This document shows, piece after piece, positions 57,650 through 64,000 of a DNA stretch of 64,000 nucleotides. Both the position numbers and the translations under genes were made by a program. The notes beneath the pieces are model-generated. The model did no database searches. It was given only the letters and a program-made list of their open reading frames with translations, and was not told where the DNA came from. This DNA is from Minutocellus sp. GHC0000111 (lineage: Eukaryota): the NCBI GenBank assembly GCA_977018835.1, contig OZ361260.1, positions 372,001-436,000 of the forward strand. The letters are read 5' to 3'. Position 1 is the stretch's first letter; the number at the start of each line of letters is the position of its first letter.

Positions 57650-58115
57650 CTTTCCCGTCGGCCTGTTATGATCGAGATACCGATTGTGGGGGGGGGGCGA
57701 TGACAACAGCAGCAGCGCAGCAGCGGCGGTGTCGAAGGATGCGGCCGGTTGGATGAGAAAGGGCGGGGGGCGGGGGCGGGGGGGGATCTTGAGAGACAAC
57801 ACCCCGAACTTTCGATAGGTTGGAAAGAGGTTAGAAGGTCATCAAAATGCATTTTTCAAAAACTCCGCCTAAAATGTGTACGATGACCATGATTGCTACC
57901 ATTGGTACTACCAGCCGAGTTGCTTCCCTCGTACTACGTAGTACATGTACCTAGGTGCTAATGCAATGAGCGATTGCCCGTGGCTAGAGCTGCCAGTATT
58001 TTCTGATTGCTAATCGTTTGCTTCGATACTGCATCTATCTCTTGTTGCCACCTACCTGAGTTGCGAAAACTGCCGGAATTCCCATCGGACGACTGCAATA
58101 GAATTTTGCATTGCC

Positions 58116-59619
58116 ATGTATTCTTCCTTCCACACTTCCCGCTACAATCAGAATGACTCAGATTCTTCCCTTGATCCTCTCGATCCAGAACTTCATGCGG
58201 ATGACTTTGAGGAACGACAGGGTCATAGTTATATGAGCGCCTCATTTTCGTCCTCGGCGACATCCTCCGCAAGCGGCAGCTTCAGAAACAAAAGAAAGAA
58301 GTACGGTCACGCTCTAACGGACCCCTCAAGCGACTCATCCTCATCATCGGTAAGACGGGCGGAAGATCGACGAGCATCGACTGAGCTTATCGAGCGTTAT
58401 GCATATGCCACTAGTAGTAGCAGTAGGGATCTCGCGTCCAAGTCGATGTCGGACAAAAGTAGCAAGTCATGTGCGTCGAACAGCACCACTATCAGGCGAA
58501 TGATAACTACAAGGCCCAAATTCAAGCGCACAATGGTCCTCGTGTTTGGTAATATCTGCCTCATCTTTGCAATTGCATCGATGTCTGCGGTATCTCCCAA
58601 CGGTTTGATATATGCAATAGGAAGTCTCATCAGCACTATGCGAAGAATGTCGCTTTATCACACACACCGAGCGCTCTGCTCCACACACGAGATGGCCCTA
58701 GTGTCCAACAGCTTCCGTAGGGCGCTCATCACAGTGACAGGAATCTTTATTGGCTATACCCAATCGGGTCAGGATGATCCTGACATAGTCATGCTCCTCA
58801 ACTGCGATACTTACTGGCTTCCATACATTCCTGTACCGAATCATCTACAGGTCGTCTGTCCCGAGCGAAAAGAGTCCCCGTGTCCCAAGGGGTCGTATGT
58901 GAAGAGCGACTGTTCCTGTACCACAACAGACGAAGGTCCCTGTAGCGCCTGTCCTGAAGGAACAAGGTGCCAAAAAGGGATGGTGAATCTTCCTCTTATG
59001 TGTATCGACTGTACCTGTTCATTCTGCAATGCTGAGCAGGAGCCCTGCTGCACATTCGATGGTAAGTTCACATTCTGCTGTTTTGCACCATGTTACGAGT
59101 CTAATTGTACACGTACCATGATATGGATTTGAAAAGAATCTCAGTTTATATCTTTATCTCGCTTGCTCGCAATTCCTCTTTTGTGCGTGTAATGTAGGAG
59201 AGACAAACAAATGCACCAGCAACACCAGCAATGGAATTCGAGGCGAGTGCACTCTCGAGTCCGGCTACTTTGCTCCGTTTCACGGCACTGGTGGTATATG
59301 TGAAAGTATCGAGATCACCTACACCCATCCACCATCCGGGTGCTCCTGCGTTCCGTCGGCAAGTGAGCCCTGCACCTACAACCCCAACGATCGGTCCATT
59401 GATGACCAGTGCTTCGTTTGTGATGCAAGAGATTTGTCCCATGCGGTGCCAGGCGGACCCAACAAATGTGACGACTGCCGAGATTGCCTTGAACAATGCC
59501 ACCCCTGTGTTGGAGAAGCTTCATCTTTCGAGGACATGCACGCGTGCCTTTCCGGCAAGGGGATGAATTTTCAGCCAAAATGCAGAGAGTCCTGTGCGAG
59601 CAGTTGCATGCGTAAATAA
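58116..59619 (+). CDS. Membrane-anchored Cys-rich extracellular protein, 2 exons (intron ~59062-59197)
   Basis: TM segments followed by ~30 Cys; spliced frame ends ...CASSCMRK*. Confidence 0.7.
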
Positions 59620-60168
59620 ATGAGAATGTCGGTAGATCGAATCATATCGGTACATGTATAAATAGAATCTGCGTAAACATTTATCAAATTGTCATCTGGA
59701 GGGCAAGATCAATAGAGTCAAGACAATTCACCGCAGAAACTTCGTCTTTCTTGTATGATCTAGAGTAGTAGAGTCTAGACATCTAGACGTCTGGGCTACG
59801 TAGCTAGAGGTTCCCATCAGAGGACAATTACTTTTGTTGTAGAGTAAGACCCTACATGTACTAGGAATCCTACATGCAAAGCTAGGAATTGAATTATTTC
59901 ATTCAATACGGTAATTCAAGCGAGCAAGTACGTGTAAAAGATTCATTACGGATTTGCAGATTCGATGGTCAAGTACACTTCCCGGATTTGCAGAGTCAAG
60001 TACACTTCCGGGTTGCTTTGAAAATTCGCTTTGTTTTCCAAGGCGTAGGCACACAAAATCACGAGAAGCAGGCGAATGGCTCTTGTTGCTTGTTGACTGG
60101 CTCGATAAACCACTCCCATCAGCACTACAGCTAACCAACACAAATCTTGTCCTCTGATAGGAAGCAAT

Positions 60169-61521
60169 ATGCTCCGATCTCTACACGAATCAATAGCCGC
60201 CGAGGAGGACGATCCGCCGTTCGGAACTCCCACGAATCTGGACGATGATGGGCTGATTCCTCAGAAGGACATCAACGACGAGGACGGGGGGGGCTGGTCC
60301 AACGTCGGCCGGTTCTGGCTCATCTCCGTCGCCGTCTTCGCCGCGGCGGCGTTCCTTCTGGTGGCCTTCTGCAAGCGCTACGGCGCCGATCTGGTGGATG
60401 GGTGGGTGAATGATCGCGCTCATGGAGAGCTATCCGAGGAGAGCTACCTGCAAAGAGTGATGCGTCGAAGGGCCGAGAGGGAGGAGGCCAAGAAGGAATG
60501 CCCCGTGAAGAGGAAGGCCCGGCTCGTAAAGAGGCTGGAGGAGGAAGGAGTTGTCATGGTACGTTGCGTTGTGAATTGCTTTGTCCTGGGCGGCCGAGAG
60601 ATCGGTCGATCATTTGCATTGTTATTGACCGATGGATGCGAAGGTTTGAATTTGCATCTCACGCGAAAAACATTAGGGATTTCACACGTCACGAAGAAAC
60701 GAAAAAATCGAGTCGATGGTAACGGTATTTGAGCAGTATCTTGGAAACAAGAAATCCCTAATGTTTTTGGCGGACAAAGGGCCTTTTGTTCTTCGGAATT
60801 CAATAATTCGGATTGAGAGCGATATGCACACGCCTTTCTTTCCCATCCATCATGCCATGCCACGCACATTCTAACGCCCTTTCGCTTTGTTTTCTGCACC
60901 AATACAACTGCGCTGTTGCTCGACTGCCAGACTGTGGCGGAATCGGACCTCGTCAGATCTGCGACCGATACTAACGATAATACGTGCATCGGCCACGACG
61001 GAGAAACGTCGGACAAGAGGGTCGATGCTGATGGGGTCGATATTGAATGTGGATGTGCCAATGAAGATGATAACGATGATGATGTATGCGGCAGACAGGA
61101 ACAGACCATTTGCACTTCCGAGGCCGAACGTGCCTCATCAGTATTTGATCTTGGTGATGATGAGGCTGCCTTCGTGCGTCTCCCGCCTTCTCCCCCGGCG
61201 CCCAATGGCTCTCGTCTTGTGCCCAATTGCTGCTCCGTCTGCCTTTGTCCGTATGAGGTAGGCGAGACGCTCGCGTGGTCATCCAACACTTCTTGTCGGC
61301 ATGCATTCCATCAGGATTGCGTTGTGGAGTATTTGTGCAAGGTCCAGGAGGTGGATTGTCCATGTCCCTGCTGCAGAGGAACGTTTGTGGAGCTGCCCAA
61401 TCACTTGGACGGAGAGGGTGGAAAGAAAAGGGAGAGGTTCATGTCGGATGTGACGAGAACGAGCTCATTCGAGACTGACGAGACGCAATTGGCATTCAAC
61501 ACGAACAGAGTATCGCTGTGA
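60169..61521 (+). CDS. RING-H2 (ATL-like) E3 ubiquitin ligase with TM segment, 2 exons (intron 60559-60930)
   Basis: CSVC...CRHAFHQDC...CPCCR. Confidence 0.88.
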
Positions 61522-61743
61522 TGATAGGGCTAGTGAGTCCGTTCCTCGGTCTCGATGTGCCGCTGCCTATTGAATCGAATCCATTTTTATATATTACAAA
61601 TCAGCAAAGAATTTCATTAGTAGGCGAGTTTTTATCTTTATATGTATATCACATGTACCATAATCCAGTAAAAAGAAGATATGTACTACCAATCTACTTT
61701 TTTAATCCTTCACATACATCAAAATTTCTCTAGGGATTATTTA

Positions 61744-64000
61744 TCATCGAAAGTAATACCGCAAGCTGGGTAGTTCTACTTCCTCGCCCGTCTCTGCGTC
61801 AAATCCATTGACCCGGAGCTCGAGGAATTCCTTGCCATCAGGCAAAAAGTCTTGTTTGGTGGCATTGAGATACAACTCTATGACAGGAATCTTCAGCCGT
61901 TGTGGTCTCTCCATACCATTTAGCGAAGCATTGTATTTGTTGTAAATTATGGCGTCGTCGCTGGATATCACGTTGACGACGAAGGCAAAGTGTTTCTTGA
62001 AGTGCTTGAGCATCTGTTTGAGTGTAGCATTTTGCAGTCGGAGGTCGATTAGATCCCAGTCTGAGACATCCCTCTGCTTTCCTTGGATTCGAATCTTACG
62101 TTTGGCCGGACGCACGGGCTCGCACATGGTAATTAGAGGCAGTGCTTGATTGACAAATGTGTTCTTGAGGTCCCTAATGCGCAGCTTGCGTTGGGGGGTG
62201 CCAGATACCTTGTACATTTCCAAGCACATGAGACCGCCGACAAGAGCGGTGGTAGTTGATATGGCAGGCATGATTCGACTGCAAATAGACTTGCTTTCTT
62301 GCAGTGCTTCGGTAGGGATGTCGTAGTTGAGAGCGCGAAGGTTTGAACAAGCAGTGACAACGCTCAGGTGTAGGGTGTTATCAAAGTCCAGGGGTAGGGA
62401 CGAAGGCGGATATCAGCGAGCTCTTGGCGGCGAGGCAACGAATTCAACATCTCGTTGTATTCCTCCTTGTCAAAGAAGCCATAGTCGTTCCGGTAAGCTG
62501 ATGCTTCTCCATCCCCTGCTCCTCCTCTACCTCCAAGCGAATCGTCTTGTTCGCCGGTATCGATTCGAACACCTTCCTTAGGCTCAAAACGTGGGCTATT
62601 GACATTGTTCAACACTGACATGACATAGCTTTCGTCGGTATTACAAATCAGACCAAACGCATCTGCTCGTAGCTTCGCGGCACCAATGATGAAGCCATAG
62701 TGATTGCGCATTTTAGCATCATCGCACTCTGCCGAGGGATCAAAGGTCAGCGGCGTAGGGCATCGTCTTGCGCCGCCCCAGAATTTTGCACCGAATTGAG
62801 TGACATGGTCGGGCGGGAAATTATACAACAACTGTTCAATCTCGTGCCTGTACATTTCTTCGAATCTCTGGCGAGCCCATACGAGACAGTCGGTGAACGT
62901 ATATGGCCGCTCGTCTACAAGCACCTTGCTCAGGGCTTTCACCTTTTCCATTCGAATCTGCGGCGGCTGATTACCGAGTCGCTGAAGATAGCCATCGGGA
63001 TCAAAAATAAAGGCCTTGGCATTTCTTATGTCGCCATCAAAGGACTGGATGAAAAATTCCTTGGCCCATTGTAGAGTGTGCTCGATCTCGCTGGGAAAGT
63101 TCTTGAGAGTACAAGAAGGGATTGCTTGTTGCACCAGGTCGGGATCTTTGGTTGAAGCATAGTTATCGGTGAGATGTGGTACAAACGAGGTACAGGAGCC
63201 CTTCATTCCGCAAGTTCCACCGTCAAACATGGGGAGGCCGTACAGAATACATTTCTTGTCTAGATATTCTCGACCTTCGACATTGTCCAAAGCAGTGCAG
63301 ACGCCGGTAAGATTGCTGTAGAAATTGTCGGAGTAGTCGTTTTCTGTTGCCTCGCACAATAAGTCGTTGTAAACAGCAATATTCATGGATGAGTTAATTG
63401 CTCTCACGGAACTTGCTGCCATCACACTCTTGAATTGACCAATATCATTGTCCCGGAAGAGCAGCTGCCTGCTTAGATTGCTCTTCGATACTCTGTCGGG
63501 GTCGGTGATGTGGACGCACCCGCCGTCTGGAGATGATCCTACTCCCATCAAAGCCCAATTCTTGAGTACCTCCGAGCCTATAGCACCGGTCCCGGCCAGA
63601 AGGAATCGTTGACGCTCAATGTTGGCCTGGGCCACCTGACCAAAGACTGCTCGCTGTGAATCTGATCTTGACCGCAGCGTCGGTTTTAGTTGTAGCTCCT
63701 CGAGCAGTCGATGAGGAAGACACTCCTCCGAGTCGAAAAAGGCAAAGCCTTTGATGGGCATTTGCTTACCAGTGATAGCCTTGAGGATTTCTTGTCCTAC
63801 GATGCCTCCAAATATGGCGCACATGGGAGAGAGAATAGCTCTTGAACCCGAGGCGAAGTTTGTGACAATGCGCTCGGCATCTACCACATTTCGCATTATA
63901 CCATCGCGGTCGAGAGCATGTGCCAAGTCTACCACCTCATTGATTTGCTTGCGATTTCCTGGATTTGGTAGGTGGTTGCCATGTCTGTCTTGGTATGCTG
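61744..64000 (-). CDS. Second, divergent ubiquitin-activating E1 paralog (5' end outside window; 1-nt frameshift ~62398)
   Basis: 'GTGAIGSEVLKNW', 'SNLSRQLLF', 'ALDNVEGR', 'IPSCTLKNFP'; shifted frame 'DFDNTLHLSVVTACSNLRALNYDIP...IMPAISTTT'. Confidence 0.88.

Noticed and set aside
59950..60012. Short tandem duplication ggatttgcaga..gtcaagtacacttcc upstream of the RING gene
   Set aside because: Only two copies; ordinary local duplication
2551..64000. Ubiquitin 'gene cluster' (UEV, UBA1, RING, E1 paralog)
   Set aside because: Genes are scattered among unrelated loci; no evidence of functional clustering beyond the E1 duplication

Overview
Gene-dense eukaryotic genomic DNA, very probably from a diatom or a close ochrophyte: short GT-AG introns, and many proteins with bipartite signal-peptide + 'AF/AW' plastid-targeting presequences. 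About 28 host genes are recognisable. They include a JmjC protein, UEV/MMS2 (plus a broken tandem copy), an MHYT sensor, a PhyH-dioxygenase–PP2C fusion, an SLC26 pseudogene, a DCC1–FSP1/AIFM2-like fusion head-to-head with an HTTM membrane protein, a uridine kinase with signal peptide and KDEL, a TPR–Aha1 co-chaperone, two ubiquitin E1 paralogs, cyclophilin, FKBP, proline iminopeptidase, phosphoserine phosphatase, an FSA-type aldolase and a RING-H2 ligase. There are three mobile-DNA signals: a ~200-bp retroelement 3' end with TSD, a 2.5-kb TIR element with a 3-bp TSD and strong TpA depletion, and a ~7.5-kb multi-ORF insertion with a DD38D Tc1/mariner-type transposase that splits the Aha1 gene. 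Many genes carry frameshifts, nonsense codons or internal deletions, which could reflect a decaying haplotype, assembly errors, or both. The best candidate for an undescribed system is the divergent DCC1–FSP1-like / HTTM gene pair, a putative quinone/thiol-redox-coupled membrane module. All calls come from motif recognition by eye; no database searches were run.
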